Source of the DNA: Candidatus Latescibacterota bacterium
GTDB lineage: Bacteria > Latescibacterota > UBA2968 > UBA8231
Direction: 5' to 3'
NCBI GenBank assembly: GCA_965197905.1
Contig: CBDAOB010000004.1
Span: 896,001 to 960,000 of the forward strand
DNA length: 64,000 bases
Part shown: piece after piece, positions 41,407 through 52,186 of the stretch
Layout: the number at the start of each line of letters is the position of its first letter
Position numbering within the stretch: the first letter of the stretch is position 1
Position numbers and translations under genes: made by a program
The notes under the pieces: model-generated
What the model was told of the DNA's origin: nothing
The model's database searches: none
What the model saw: only the letters and a program-made list of their open reading frames with translations

Positions 41407-43902
41407 CTATTCCCTGCCGTTTCTCTCCACAACGACCTCGCCGGCATAACCTCCAGCTACCAATTTCTCTACCAGGGCAGCTATAACTTCAGTGTCAAGC
41501 AGACCGTTGTCCGCCACCGTCAAGGTACCCCCAAGAAAGCTGAGATTCAGAGCACTCAGATTGAGAAGTGCGGAGTTGCCCCGAATATCGAGCGTACCAC
41601 CTACGGACGCGAGCTGGTTCAACCCCTCCAGTGAGAGCAGTCCCCGGTTCCCGCCGCGGGTTCGGTCAAAGTTGGTGACGAAGATGCCAATAAAAAGATT
41701 GCCCCCCACCTGAACAAGGTTGCCGAGTCCCGAGAGGCTCGTCAGGCTGTTGTTCTCGATGATCATCAGATCACCTGCGATACTCGCGATGCTGCTCAAG
41801 CTGGCCAGCGCGTTCAGGTTTCTCATCTCCGGATTCTGCTCAATCCAAAGGGTATCGAGAACGCTGCTCAGATTGTTCAAACCCTGGAGACTGGTCAAAT
41901 CCCGATTGAACCGAATCTGAAGTCCTCCGTCCACGGTTGTAAGGGCTCGAGTCCGCATAGATCGCGAATCAGATTATTGCTTGCGATCACGAGACGGCCG
42001 CCCACCGAGCCAAGCCTGGAAAGACCGGCCAGCTCCTTCAGGGCATGCGCCGAAACGATCTCCAAATCGCCGTCAACCCTTCGCAGATTGCGCAGAAAGG
42101 ATAGATCGTGGGGTGCATCGCGTCCGGAGATATGCAAACTACCCATCAAGTGCTCCCTCTGAGCGAGGACGTCCAGGTCGACGAGCGCCGGGGTGAATTC
42201 CAGCACGATGTTACCGTTGAAGGATTCCATTACCTTCCTGATTCCGGCCAGGCTGCTGAGACCAGGATTCGCCATGATCCGCAGTTCATTCCCGACCTCG
42301 TTGAGATTCTCCAGGTGGCTCAGGGTTTGGAGCGACTCGTTGAACTGGAGAATAAGGCTCCCTCCAACGCGTGCGAGACGCTCCACGCCACTGAAATCTG
42401 CCAGGCTGTCCGCGTCAACGACGAGGAAGCTTCCGCCGATTTCGCGAATATTCTCCAGTCCCTCCAGATTTACGAGGCTGCGGTCTTTGGAAATGGATAA
42501 GGAGCCGCCGATGCTTTGCAGCGACTGCAATCCGCTGAAGTTCGTGGCACGGCGGTTTTCAGTCAGAAGGAGCGAACCACCGATGTGGCGAAGATTGCTC
42601 AGCCCTGCGAGTGAGGGCAGAGTGAAGTTCTCGACCAGCGCAAGACTGCCACCGATGGACCGTACGTGGCTCAGCGATTCGAGTATTCCTGCGGCGTCCC
42701 GTAGAGACAGGCTCAATGTGCCAACAACGTGCTCTGGGACCCGGCGCAGCGGTTGGAGCTGTGTAACGCTGGAGAAACCCAATACCAGACTTCCTGTGAC
42801 GGTCTCGAAAAGGTGCGAGACCCCCTCGATCGAGATCAGAGATGCATTCGAGCTAAGCTCCAGGTTGCCACCCACCATCTGCAATCCAGCCAGCCCGTCC
42901 AGGTTTTTCAAGGACAGATTGCTGATAATGGTAAGTCGGCCTCCTATGCTGCGGAGATTCTCCAACCCGGTGAGGTTTTCGAGATTTCTGTTCCCGAACA
43001 GGGTCAAGTTGCCGCCAATGCTCTCGAGGTTCGACAACGGCGTCAGATCGACGAGGTCAAGCCGCCCCATACTGAGACGTCCGGCAATCCTGAACGGCTG
43101 ATTCCGGGTCAAGCTGAGCAACTCATTCAGCTGATCATCCGACCTGATCCGAAAGTTTCCCTCGAGCACGATTTGCGCCTCGAGGCGGGGAACCTCAAAA
43201 TCGTGCTCGCTTTTTCCTGCCAGCGATAGCCCCCGCCGCCGGTAGAGCAGGTGATCACCGGAGCTGATTTCCACCGTAAAGAGCCGGTCACCCAGCTGTT
43301 CAGTGCCGGTCGGTTTTCGGCCGGGGGAGGATTCGGCCTGTCTGGGAGCCGGACCGCGGGCGCCATCCAGCAGCACCATTTTTCCCACATCGACGGCATC
43401 GGGCGTTTTCAAACACCGCGAAGTACACGCCTGCAGCTACCCCCTGTCCGCCGTCGGTACGACCGTCCCAGCGAGCGATATGGTCTCCCGCCTCCTGGAC
43501 CCGGCTCATCAATCTGCGCATCGGCTGGCCCAGCACGTTGTAGATGGTGAGCTGGACTGGACCGGCATGGGCCAGCCTATAGGGGATCACGGTCTCCGGA
43601 TTGAACGGATTGGGATAGTTGGGAAGGAGCCTGGTGGCTATTGGCAGCGCGGACGAATAGTCGACTGCCGTGGCCCTGGCAAAATCGATCCGATAGACCC
43701 CGGTATCGTCTGTTGTGGCAACGTGGGATCGGCCATCGGTCTCCTCCTCGATGAACGCGATGGTGGCGCCGACCACGGGTGCTCCACCCATGTCCGTGAC
43801 GGTGCCCGATATCACCTGCGCGACGGCCGGTCTTGTCGCGATTCCGGCCACCAGAGCCAGCTGACCGAGCGCGCGGCTCAAAGCTCTGCAGCTCCAGTGC
43901 AT
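41407..43902 (-). CDS. Secreted protein with carboxypeptidase-regulatory-like, FlgD-Ig and multiple Receptor-L-domain repeats; frameshifts at ~43390 and ~41955
   Basis: Signal peptide, ISGTVTD..GAPVVGATI, NYPNPFN, then >15 repeats of LxxLxGLxNLxxIGGxLxI. Three ORFs (43300-43902, 41895-43412, 41407-41958) join by single-base corrections. Confidence 0.8.
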
Positions 43903-44147
43903 ATTCCCTCCCTCGCTGCGGTAGAGGGAACAAAGGTACTATAATGGCCGAGCGTCAAGTATACTTTTTCTGACGGGGCAAGGTGGCTCTGTGGCGGACG
44001 CAGAGCAGATATCTGGGCGGGCGCTCGCTCGCCATCTTCAAGGCGCTCCACATCGACGAAGTGGAGTTCGCTACGCCTGATCCTTCCGCGGGCGCAGTGT
44101 GTCTACCCAATTCAAGCGCCGCCATAAAAGCGGCGTTCAAGGCGCCC

Positions 44148-44268
44148 TAAATAGATCCGCTAGCGCTTCGGGCCCGTTTCCCTCAGCCTGCCACCATATT
44201 CTTCGAGTGACCCCAAATCCCAACCCTCGCCGCGACTATCGATAACGGTGTTTATTTAGCCTATACTT
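44148..44268 (+). mobile_element. ~121-bp non-coding element ending in junction motif subfamily A
   Basis: Near-identical to the reverse complement of 61519-61647 from TAAATAGATCCGCTAGCGC through GGTGTTTATT; ends CCTATACTT. Confidence 0.85.
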
Positions 44269-44358
44269 CCGACCATGAAGGGACGGCGGTGCAGCTACGT
44301 TTCGCATTGCGCGACGCGAGTCTCTACTCGTTCTGATTCAAGGTACCGGAGGAATGAG
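44269..44358 (+). pseudogene. 3' 90-bp stump of a paralog of the downstream gene (direct repeat of 45816-45905)
   Basis: 84/90 identical; 4 of the 6 differences are synonymous third positions. Confidence 0.9.
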
Positions 44359-45904
44359 GACAACCGAGACAGAAAGGGTGAACGGATCGATGCGGGAGGG
44401 GCCTTTCAACGACACAGTGAACCCGGTGAAGACTTCTATGATACTCGTAATCAGTATGAAGGTCTGTCTATTGATGATCGCGACCACGGCGGCGACGGCG
44501 CAGTCGTTCACCGTGCCGGTCGGGGAACGGCAACTGTTCCTGGACGATGTCCCCATCGCCGAGATGGACGGTCTGAGGCGCTCGATGCACCAGGCGGTCA
44601 AGAAAGGCGCGGTGATCCGGCCCGACTACTTGGGGCAAGAACGCCATTTCTCGGTTCGCAACGCGCCGAACTGGGACCGCGAGCGCGAGGTGTTCAGATT
44701 TCTCGTGACTGAGGCCGCGGGGCCGAATACCTCGACTGTTTGGGAAAGCGACGACGGCCTGCACTGGGTGCGCGTGGGCACGTCGGACATGGTGACGTAC
44801 ACCGTCGTCTACGATCCCACCGATCCGGATCCGTCTCGCCGGTACAAGTCGATGAATCGCAGGCGAATCGCCGTCTCGCCCGACATGCTCACCTGGGAGG
44901 TGGTCGGCAATCCGAGAATCCCCGGCAGCGACGAGCACAATCTGTCCTTCGATGAGAAATCCCGAGTCTTCTTTTTTTCGGTCAAGAGAGGCGGGCCGTA
45001 TGGCCGCTACGGCCGCTCTCACGCCCTCTACACCAGCGAGGATCTGGCGCGGTGGACCAAGGTGGGGATAGCGGGAGAAGACTCGCTCTTTCACGCCGAC
45101 GACGAGGACCAGGAACACAACCGGGACGCTATCACGGCACTGATGGAAGAGCTGGTTGCCGATCCGAGACTCGCGGAGACCGACTTCTACGCAGAGGGCA
45201 ACTACAACGTCGACATCTACAACACGCCCGTTTTCCGCTACGAGAGCCATTACCTGGCGCTGCCAGCCATTCACCCCTCCATAACCATGGACCTGTCCGA
45301 TCCCAGTGACAATATCGCCTTAAAGATTCCTCAGCTGTGGTGGAGCCGCGACCTCCGGAACTGGACCAGGCCGGAGGATCGCTCGGACTTCATCACCCTG
45401 TCCCGTACGGAGAGCGGCGCCTATGACCTGGCCGTCGCGTTTCCACCATCGAGCCCGGTCATCAGGGGAGACGAGCTGTGGTTCTACTACGCTGGGGATG
45501 ACGGATTGGGCTGGCCTCCCAAGACCGGTCTCGACCTCAGGAGGACGGATTGGAAGTATTATCGGCCGGACAGGTCAGCGATCTGCCTGGCAGTGCTGCG
45601 CCGGGACGGATTCATGTCACTGGACGCGGGGGCGGGAGGGTCGGTGGTCACGAGGTCGTTCACCGTCCCCGGCCCCGAGCTGTTCGTCAACGTCGATGCA
45701 ACGGATGGCCAGCTGGTCGTCGAAGTGGTAGACGAGAGTGCAGTAGTGGCACGATCTGCGCCACTCCTGGGGGACCAGCCCAACGCCGCGGTAGCGTGGC
45801 AGGATGGGAACATAGCCGACCATGAAGGTACGGCGGTGCAACTGCGTTTTGCATTGCGCGACGCGAGTCTCTACTCGTTCTGGTTCGAGGTACCGGAGGA
45901 ATGA
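44354..45904 (+). CDS. GH32/GH43-like propeller protein with C-terminal beta-sandwich
   Basis: RQLFLDD, SDDGLHW, YDPTDPDPSRRYK, LWFYYAG and LRRDGFMSL motifs. Confidence 0.7.
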   Translation: MRTTETERVNGSMREGPFNDTVNPVKTSMILVISMKVCLLMIATTAATAQSFTVPVGERQLFLDDVPIAEMDGLRRSMHQAVKKGAVIRPDYLGQERHFSVRNAPNWDREREVFRFLVTEAAGPNTSTVWESDDGLHWVRVGTSDMVTYTVVYDPTDPDPSRRYKSMNRRRIAVSPDMLTWEVVGNPRIPGSDEHNLSFDEKSRVFFFSVKRGGPYGRYGRSHALYTSEDLARWTKVGIAGEDSLFHADDEDQEHNRDAITALMEELVADPRLAETDFYAEGNYNVDIYNTPVFRYESHYLALPAIHPSITMDLSDPSDNIALKIPQLWWSRDLRNWTRPEDRSDFITLSRTESGAYDLAVAFPPSSPVIRGDELWFYYAGDDGLGWPPKTGLDLRRTDWKYYRPDRSAICLAVLRRDGFMSLDAGAGGSVVTRSFTVPGPELFVNVDATDGQLVVEVVDESAVVARSAPLLGDQPNAAVAWQDGNIADHEGTAVQLRFALRDASLYSFWFEVPEE

Positions 45905-45911
45905 GAGCCGC

Positions 45912-46994
45912 TCAACGAGTCGCCGAGCCGTAGCGCTGGCGATAGGCGTCCAGCTTTGCCTTCAGCTTCGAGCTGTCCAGGACCGCGCGGTTGACGACGG
46001 AAACGGGCGCTTCACCGCGCCTGACGTCGAGAGCTGATTCTGCGCACAGCTCGCTGCCCAGACGAATCATTTCGTCGGTAATGCCGAGGGCGTGCGGCGT
46101 CAGGTTCACATTGTCCAGCGCCAGCAGAGGATCGTCCGGATCGATGGGCTCGGGATCCAGCGCGTCGAGGCCGGCCCCTCTGATCTGCTCTGCGGACAGG
46201 GCGCGGACCAGCGCCTGCTGATCGACAATCGCGCCGCGCGCGACATTGACCAGATAGGCCGATGGCTTCATCAGCCGCAGCTCCTCAGCGCCGATGAGAT
46301 GTCGCGTTTCCTCGCCGAGGGGGCACAACACCACCACAAAGTCCGACTGCGACAGCAGGGCAGGCAAATCGACCCGCTCAATGTCGTACTGGTCCGCCTT
46401 GGCCTCATCCAGGTACGGATCGCAGACGAGATGGCGCATCTCAAAAGGGCTGATGAGCGCGTAGAGATCCCGGCCGATGCTGCCAAAGCCCAGGTAACCG
46501 ATCGTTTTGCCGCTCAACCCAGTCCCGACATTGGCTAGCGTCCCACCCTCCCCCCACCGTCCATTGTAGACGAGCCTGGACTTAAAAAAAAGCCTTGTGC
46601 TCAGGGCCAGGATATGCGTCAGAGCCGCCGTGGCCATGGAACGACGGACACTACCGGGTGTCGTGGCCACAATGATACCAGCGTCGGTGCAGACATCCAG
46701 GTCAACAGTGTCGAAACCGGCGCCAAAGCGGACGATGGCGCTGCAACGTTCCACACCGGCCACACTTTCGCGAATGACGCGACGGCCGCCGGCCAGCACA
46801 ACATCAAACTCGTCGAGGATTTTGGGGTCGACGGGCCCCGCGTCAACCGGGAATGGAGCGATTTCGACGCCGGGCGTACTTTCCAGCATCAGGCGCGCCG
46901 ACTCGGTGGCCATGATGTTGTAGTAAATACCATCGTCCGTGAGTCCGACGCGAAAGGCAACCTTTTGATCCATCTCAATTATAGCCTCGGCCAT
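45912..46994 (-). CDS. D-isomer-specific 2-hydroxyacid dehydrogenase
   Basis: GAGFD, GFGSIG, NVARG, LDALDPEP and LTPH motifs. Confidence 0.9.
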   Translation of the reverse strand: MAEAIIEMDQKVAFRVGLTDDGIYYNIMATESARLMLESTPGVEIAPFPVDAGPVDPKILDEFDVVLAGGRRVIRESVAGVERCSAIVRFGAGFDTVDLDVCTDAGIIVATTPGSVRRSMATAALTHILALSTRLFFKSRLVYNGRWGEGGTLANVGTGLSGKTIGYLGFGSIGRDLYALISPFEMRHLVCDPYLDEAKADQYDIERVDLPALLSQSDFVVVLCPLGEETRHLIGAEELRLMKPSAYLVNVARGAIVDQQALVRALSAEQIRGAGLDALDPEPIDPDDPLLALDNVNLTPHALGITDEMIRLGSELCAESALDVRRGEAPVSVVNRAVLDSSKLKAKLDAYRQRYGSATR

Positions 46995-47053
46995 TCTATC
47001 TACCTCCTAAATTTCGCGCGGCCACAACACCTTGCTCGACCAAGAGAACTCCG

Positions 47054-47944
47054 ATGATGCCACCGGACCTCAAGTCCGAATTCGAGTCCAATGGATACCT
47101 AAAGGTTCCCCAGGCGCTGGAACCTGAGGATCTCTCGGTCCTGATCGCATGTGCGGACCGGCTGATCGACGAATTTTCGGGGAAGCTGAAATCGGATGGA
47201 CAGTTGAAGTCGGACTACAGATCCGAGTCTTTCGACAGCCGAATCGTCTCCATCCTCCAGGAAAGTGGAGAACCGCAACCCCACTGGACACGCTATTTCT
47301 TCGGTCCGGAACTCCATTCGATCGTCACCAGTCCACGCCTCTTGAATGTGCTTTCGCCTCTGGTGGGTCCAGAGATCCTGTTCAACGGAGGCTGTCAGCT
47401 GCGTTCCAAACCGCCCACGCGGTTTCATGACCAGCTGAGCAATCTGCCCTGGCATCAGGACACCCAGTACTATGGGGAGATTACGCAGCATCTGGACATC
47501 GTTACGGTTTGGATTCCCCTTGTGGACGTGGACGAATCGAACGGTTGCCTTTGGATCATCCCCGGCAGCCATCGGTGGGGATTACTACATGGCGCCAGAG
47601 ACCACGAGCAGAATATGAGGACACGAGAGAACGTGGAAAAACGCGGCGAACCAATCTCGATTCCGATGAAAACCCGGGACATCCTCCTGTTTCACAATCT
47701 CACATTTCACTCCTCCAGAGAAAACCGTACCCAGAGGGCCCGATGGAATGTAGACATTCGGTTCATGGCAAACCCAGCCTGCCGAATCCTATCCGATGAG
47801 GAGAGGGAGGCGCAGAAATTCCTGGCGGAAAAAATGAGGAAGTCAAAAAAGCCGTCTCTTGTTGTGCAGGGAAAAGGTGCGGGTGTAAGCTGGGAGGACT
47901 GGCGGAAGAGTTACCCTGGTCGGCTTCAGACTCTGGGTGACTGA
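47054..47944 (+). CDS. PhyH-family dioxygenase
   Basis: FESNGYL, PWHQD, WIPLVD..NGCL..IPGSH and TFHSS motifs. Confidence 0.92.
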   Translation: MMPPDLKSEFESNGYLKVPQALEPEDLSVLIACADRLIDEFSGKLKSDGQLKSDYRSESFDSRIVSILQESGEPQPHWTRYFFGPELHSIVTSPRLLNVLSPLVGPEILFNGGCQLRSKPPTRFHDQLSNLPWHQDTQYYGEITQHLDIVTVWIPLVDVDESNGCLWIIPGSHRWGLLHGARDHEQNMRTRENVEKRGEPISIPMKTRDILLFHNLTFHSSRENRTQRARWNVDIRFMANPACRILSDEEREAQKFLAEKMRKSKKPSLVVQGKGAGVSWEDWRKSYPGRLQTLGD

Positions 47945-47969
47945 CGCTGTCAATCAACCGCTCCCGCCA

Positions 47970-48665
47970 TCATCGCCACTCACACAGTGCCTTCACATAC
48001 GCCCGTCCGACCAACCGTTTCCCCTGCTCGAGATATGGCTGGTAGTGTCCTGCCAGAATGCAGTCCACCTCCATGGCCGTGAGTTTCTTGAGCGACGCAA
48101 TATACGTCGGTTTGTCGCAGTCCTCGCCTCCCTGCCATCCGAGCTCCGGAGTGAATCCGGTGTCCTTCGACATTACGACGTCGCCGACGAACCAGACGAT
48201 TTTCCCCCGGTGCTCCAGCTGATAGATGATGCATCCGTCCGTGTGACCGGGCGCGTGAATGACGTCGAAACGCAGTCCGCAGATGTCGATGGTCTCGTTG
48301 TCCGAGACCACGCGATCGACTTTGCAGGGCGGTAGGTCGAATCCCGCCGCGTATGGGACGGTTCGATTGTCGGAGAGTTCGATGCCCTCCGCGTCGCTCG
48401 GACCCGCAAAGACCGCAGCACCTCTCTCTCGAATCGCGGCGGCATTCCCGATATGATCGTAATGGCTGTGCGTCAGCAGGAGCCCGCCTACCTGGTCGAG
48501 CGAGATGCCCCAGGTCTCGGCGCGTGCATCGGCAAGTTCGAGTTCTTCGGGGAGCGTTCCCGCGTCTACTATGACGTTGCCTTCCGGCCCGACCACGAGA
48601 TAGAAATTCGCGTGGTTTGCGTAGGCGAAACCGTCGAGGAGGTAGATGTCGGGTAGGATCTGCAC
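47970..48665 (-). CDS. MBL-fold metallo-hydrolase
   Basis: THSHYDHIG, PGHTDG, GD and AGH motifs. Confidence 0.9.
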   Translation of the reverse strand: MQILPDIYLLDGFAYANHANFYLVVGPEGNVIVDAGTLPEELELADARAETWGISLDQVGGLLLTHSHYDHIGNAAAIRERGAAVFAGPSDAEGIELSDNRTVPYAAGFDLPPCKVDRVVSDNETIDICGLRFDVIHAPGHTDGCIIYQLEHRGKIVWFVGDVVMSKDTGFTPELGWQGGEDCDKPTYIASLKKLTAMEVDCILAGHYQPYLEQGKRLVGRAYVKALCEWR

Positions 48666-48721
48666 GGATCAGGTTGCGATGCGCCATGTGCGGATTTGAA
48701 GCAGTCGGCTCGTGCCCGTTG

Positions 48722-49609
48722 TCATCCCCGCTGATTCCAGTCGGCGCCGAGTTCGTCGAACTGGGACTGAAGCGATTCGACAACCTCTTCGGGAAGCGGA
48801 CCGGCGGATGCCGTTTCGATGTTCGCTTTGGCGTTTTCCAACTTGGTCGTTCCCACGATGGCGGTGTCGATTGCGTCGTTGGAGAGGGTGAAGCGCAGGG
48901 CCAGTTCGATGCCGTCTTCCGGCGCGCCGTCAGGAAGGGTGATCTGCTTGGAGCGGTCCCAATAGGCGTCGGCGTAGGTGTACGGGGACGCCGATTTCCG
49001 GATGGCGCCGTTGGCGATCGGTCGTTTGGCGATGACGCCCATTCCCGCTGCGATGGCTGATGGAAGAACCTCGTATCGCGCTTTTTGGTCGACGAGGTTA
49101 TAGGAAGTCTGAAGGGTCGAGAAGACGCCCATACGGATCGCCTCGAGGGCATCCTCACCGTCACCGCTGTAACCAACGTAACGGACCTTACCCTCTTCCT
49201 TCGCTGTGAGAACGGCTTCTACCGCCTCGCCTGCCTTCAGGACGTCGACGGAGCAAGTATGCAGTTGCATCAGGTCGATCCGGTCCGTTTTCATCCGGAC
49301 GAGCGAGCGGTCGATGCTTTCTCGAATGAGACCCGCCGTCCACGGTTCGCCGGTAGCGTCTCCGGTGACGTGGCCGCACTTCGAGGCGAGGACGAATTCA
49401 TCCCGTCGACCACTGACGAATTTCCCGATCAGTTCTTCCGACTCACCGTAGCATGCCGCCGTGTCGAGTAAAGTCGCACCGGCGTCCAGGAAGCCGTTCA
49501 AGAGCTCATCGACTTGCCCCTCCGTTACATCTTCGATACCGATCCGCGCGCCGCCGAATGCGAGTCGCGTAACTTCCAGGTCCGTGTTTCCGAGCGTGCG
49601 AGATTCCAT
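48722..49609 (-). CDS. Aldo/keto reductase
   Basis: MESRTLGNTDLEV, DTAACYG, SKCG, IDLMQLH and GKVRYVG motifs. Confidence 0.92.
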   Translation of the reverse strand: MESRTLGNTDLEVTRLAFGGARIGIEDVTEGQVDELLNGFLDAGATLLDTAACYGESEELIGKFVSGRRDEFVLASKCGHVTGDATGEPWTAGLIRESIDRSLVRMKTDRIDLMQLHTCSVDVLKAGEAVEAVLTAKEEGKVRYVGYSGDGEDALEAIRMGVFSTLQTSYNLVDQKARYEVLPSAIAAGMGVIAKRPIANGAIRKSASPYTYADAYWDRSKQITLPDGAPEDGIELALRFTLSNDAIDTAIVGTTKLENAKANIETASAGPLPEEVVESLQSQFDELGADWNQRG

Positions 49610-49617
49610 GTCGTGGC

Positions 49618-49700
49618 CTATTCGAAGAGGTTGTTGAACAAGATTGCCGTACCTGAGAGTCCGTGCAAGTCGACGGCGTGCGTCCCGGCGGGACGGCGGG
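49618..49700 (-). pseudogene. Possible internal stump of a PhyH-like gene
   Basis: HAVDLHGLSGTAILFNNLFE* resembles the PhyH 'G.AGT..LFN' strand. Confidence 0.35.
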
Positions 49701-49748
49701 GGATCTTGCGCAAGGACGTAATCGGCCCTATTCCTGTGGAATGCTGAC

Positions 49749-51263
49749 GTGCGCCAGAACCCCATGATGGCCCTTACTGTGGCAGCGGAGAACGTCTTGG
49801 CAAAGCAGACCAGCGGCGAGGGTTCCCTGGACATCGGCTCCCGATTGGAGCTGTTCGTTGATGACTACCTGATAGGCGAGCTGCTTGGGACTCGACTCGT
49901 CCTCCACTACCCTCGTCCGGCAGAAGTGGCCCTGAGATTCGATCGGTCCTGGGAGGGTGCCTTCTGTGGCTACGTGACCGTGCTCCACGACGGCGACATT
50001 TACCGGATGTACTACCGGGGAATACCCATCGCTAGGCCGGACGGAAGCCTTGACGAGGTGACCTGTTACGCCGAGAGCCGTGACGGGATCCACTGGGAGA
50101 AGCCCGATCTGGGGCTGTTCGAGGTCGCAGGGACGCGGAAGAACAACGTCGTTCTGGGCTCTGAGTATGCGCCCGTGCCCCACAACTTCATCGCCTTCGT
50201 GGACACTCGACCAGGGATTCCTTCCTCCCAGAGATACAAGGGCCTGGGGGGCATGTTCCCCATATCCGAGGAGCAGCGCTTCAGCGACGGCCTCCTGGGC
50301 TTCACCTCCGCGGACGGGATCCGATGGAGTCTGATCCAGCAGGCACCACTGATCGGTCTCTCGCTCCACGAATTCACCGACACCACTCCCAGCCCGACCT
50401 TCTGGTCGCCACACGAAGGTTGCTACGTCTGCTACGTTCGGGCGTGGAGAAGGGATCCGAAGGAACCTCCCCATTACGAGGGTTGGACCGGGAACGTGCG
50501 CTGGGTCGGTCGTACCACCTCCGAGGATTTCCTCAACTGGACTCCGGTTCAGATGATGGACCCCGGGGACGATCCGCTGGAGCACATCTACACCAATCAG
50601 ACCAGCCCCTACTTCCGGGCTCCCCACATCTACCTCGGCGTGGCTGCTCGTTTCCTGCCAGACCGTCAGGTGGTGAGTGAAGAGCAGGCTCAGAAGCTCC
50701 AGGTCGACCCCAAGTATTTCCACGACTGCTCGGATGCTGTCCTGCTCACGAGCCGGGGCGGAACCCGCTACCAGCGTGCCTTCCTTGAGGCTTTCATGCG
50801 CCCGGGCATCGGTCTACAAAACTGGACGTCCCGTACCAACTACCCTGCTCTGAACCTGGTCCCCACGGGAACTGAGGAAATCTCCCTCTACGTCCAGCAC
50901 AAGTACGGCCAACCTGGCCACGAGCTCAGGCGATACACTCTGAGAACAGACGGCTTAGTGTCGGTAAATGCACCCTACGGGGGCGGAGAGTTTCTGACCC
51001 GAACCCTGAGATTCAGTGGAAGCGAACTGGTCGTAAACCTCTCGACCTCTGCTCCTGGTGGCCTCCGGGTGGAAATCCAGAGTCCAGGTGGCCAGCCGAT
51101 TACCGGCTATGCCCTCGACGACTCCGACCAACTCATAGGAAATGAGATCGAGCGGGTCGTCACTTGGAAGGGGAACCAGGACGTGGGGCCGCTCGCTGGC
51201 AAGCCGGTCCGCTTGCGCTTCGTGATGAAGGACGCAAATCTATACTCCCTGAGGTTCAGATAG
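49749..51263 (+). CDS. GH32/GH43-like propeller protein with C-terminal beta-sandwich
   Basis: LELFVDD, YAESRDGIHWEKP, SADGIRW, LRTDGLVS and VRLRFVMKDANLYS motifs. Confidence 0.75.
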   Translation: MRQNPMMALTVAAENVLAKQTSGEGSLDIGSRLELFVDDYLIGELLGTRLVLHYPRPAEVALRFDRSWEGAFCGYVTVLHDGDIYRMYYRGIPIARPDGSLDEVTCYAESRDGIHWEKPDLGLFEVAGTRKNNVVLGSEYAPVPHNFIAFVDTRPGIPSSQRYKGLGGMFPISEEQRFSDGLLGFTSADGIRWSLIQQAPLIGLSLHEFTDTTPSPTFWSPHEGCYVCYVRAWRRDPKEPPHYEGWTGNVRWVGRTTSEDFLNWTPVQMMDPGDDPLEHIYTNQTSPYFRAPHIYLGVAARFLPDRQVVSEEQAQKLQVDPKYFHDCSDAVLLTSRGGTRYQRAFLEAFMRPGIGLQNWTSRTNYPALNLVPTGTEEISLYVQHKYGQPGHELRRYTLRTDGLVSVNAPYGGGEFLTRTLRFSGSELVVNLSTSAPGGLRVEIQSPGGQPITGYALDDSDQLIGNEIERVVTWKGNQDVGPLAGKPVRLRFVMKDANLYSLRFR

Positions 51264-52158
51264 GAGCAGAGCCGCCGACTCGTCCCCGGGTCAGCGGGTG
51301 TCGCTGCTTCGCCCACTCGTACCGTTCGGCGTACGACTGGCGCGCGCCGACGGCGTCGAAATGTTCCCGCTCGGCCTCGGTCCTGGCCTTCAGTTCCGCG
51401 AGCGGGTCGATCATGGCCCTGATGCGGGGGATGTCGCTGCTCGCAAAGGGCTCGACGGGATCGTAGATGCTACCCCTGTGGTTGTACCGCATGAAGGACG
51501 CGATCTCTTCGTCCGTCTCCGGCCATGCGGCGAAACGCAGCTTGAGATAGCGCCGGCCGGGCTGCATGCCGTACACGCCGTGGTAGATCTTCTGGGTGAA
51601 GAAGACGATATCACCCGGGTCGGACTCAACGACAACACCTGGGACGTCCGTGGGGCTGAGCCCGTAGACCTTCTGAGTGGTGTCCTCTTCCTGCTCGTTG
51701 AGCGGAAGGAGGTCGTCATAAAGGGAGGGTCTGTGTGACCCCGGGATGACACGAAGCGCCCCGGTGTCGCCCCTGAGCTTCTCTAGGTAGAGGTGGAAGC
51801 TGTATGTAGTGGCGTGAGGCTCGCCGGGTCGGTCCGAGTGCCATCGATGCTCGCCCGTGCCGATTACACCTGAATAGGACAGGCTACCGCCAGACCCGTT
51901 CCAGACAAAACGCGGTCCCAGCAGCTCCTCGACCGTGCCGAATATCCGGTCGTCAACGAGCATCCGCGTAGCCACCGGGCTCTTCTCTATGATGTCCTCA
52001 ATGCCCTGGTTCTCTCCTGGCGGTCCACCTCCCCTCTGCTCCGCGAACAGCTTGTCCACTTCCTGGCTGAGCGACTCCATCTCCTCGGCCGAAAACAGCT
52101 GCCTCAAGCGGATGAACCCAAAGTCGTAGAAGTGGGACTTCTGCTGCGGTGTGATCAT
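51256..52158 (-). CDS. PhyH-family dioxygenase
   Basis: FYDFGF, WHSD, GALRVIPGSH and PGDIVFF..IYH motifs. Confidence 0.9.
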   Translation of the reverse strand: MITPQQKSHFYDFGFIRLRQLFSAEEMESLSQEVDKLFAEQRGGGPPGENQGIEDIIEKSPVATRMLVDDRIFGTVEELLGPRFVWNGSGGSLSYSGVIGTGEHRWHSDRPGEPHATTYSFHLYLEKLRGDTGALRVIPGSHRPSLYDDLLPLNEQEEDTTQKVYGLSPTDVPGVVVESDPGDIVFFTQKIYHGVYGMQPGRRYLKLRFAAWPETDEEIASFMRYNHRGSIYDPVEPFASSDIPRIRAMIDPLAELKARTEAEREHFDAVGARQSYAERYEWAKQRHPLTRGRVGGSAPI

Positions 52159-52186
52159 CTCTGCGTTCCTTCGGGCTGCGGTCGAA

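Noticed and set aside
44147..44259. CTAAATA...TATTTAG as terminal inverted repeats of a MITE
   Set aside because: Only 7 bp, not preserved in the second copy, and no target-site duplication.
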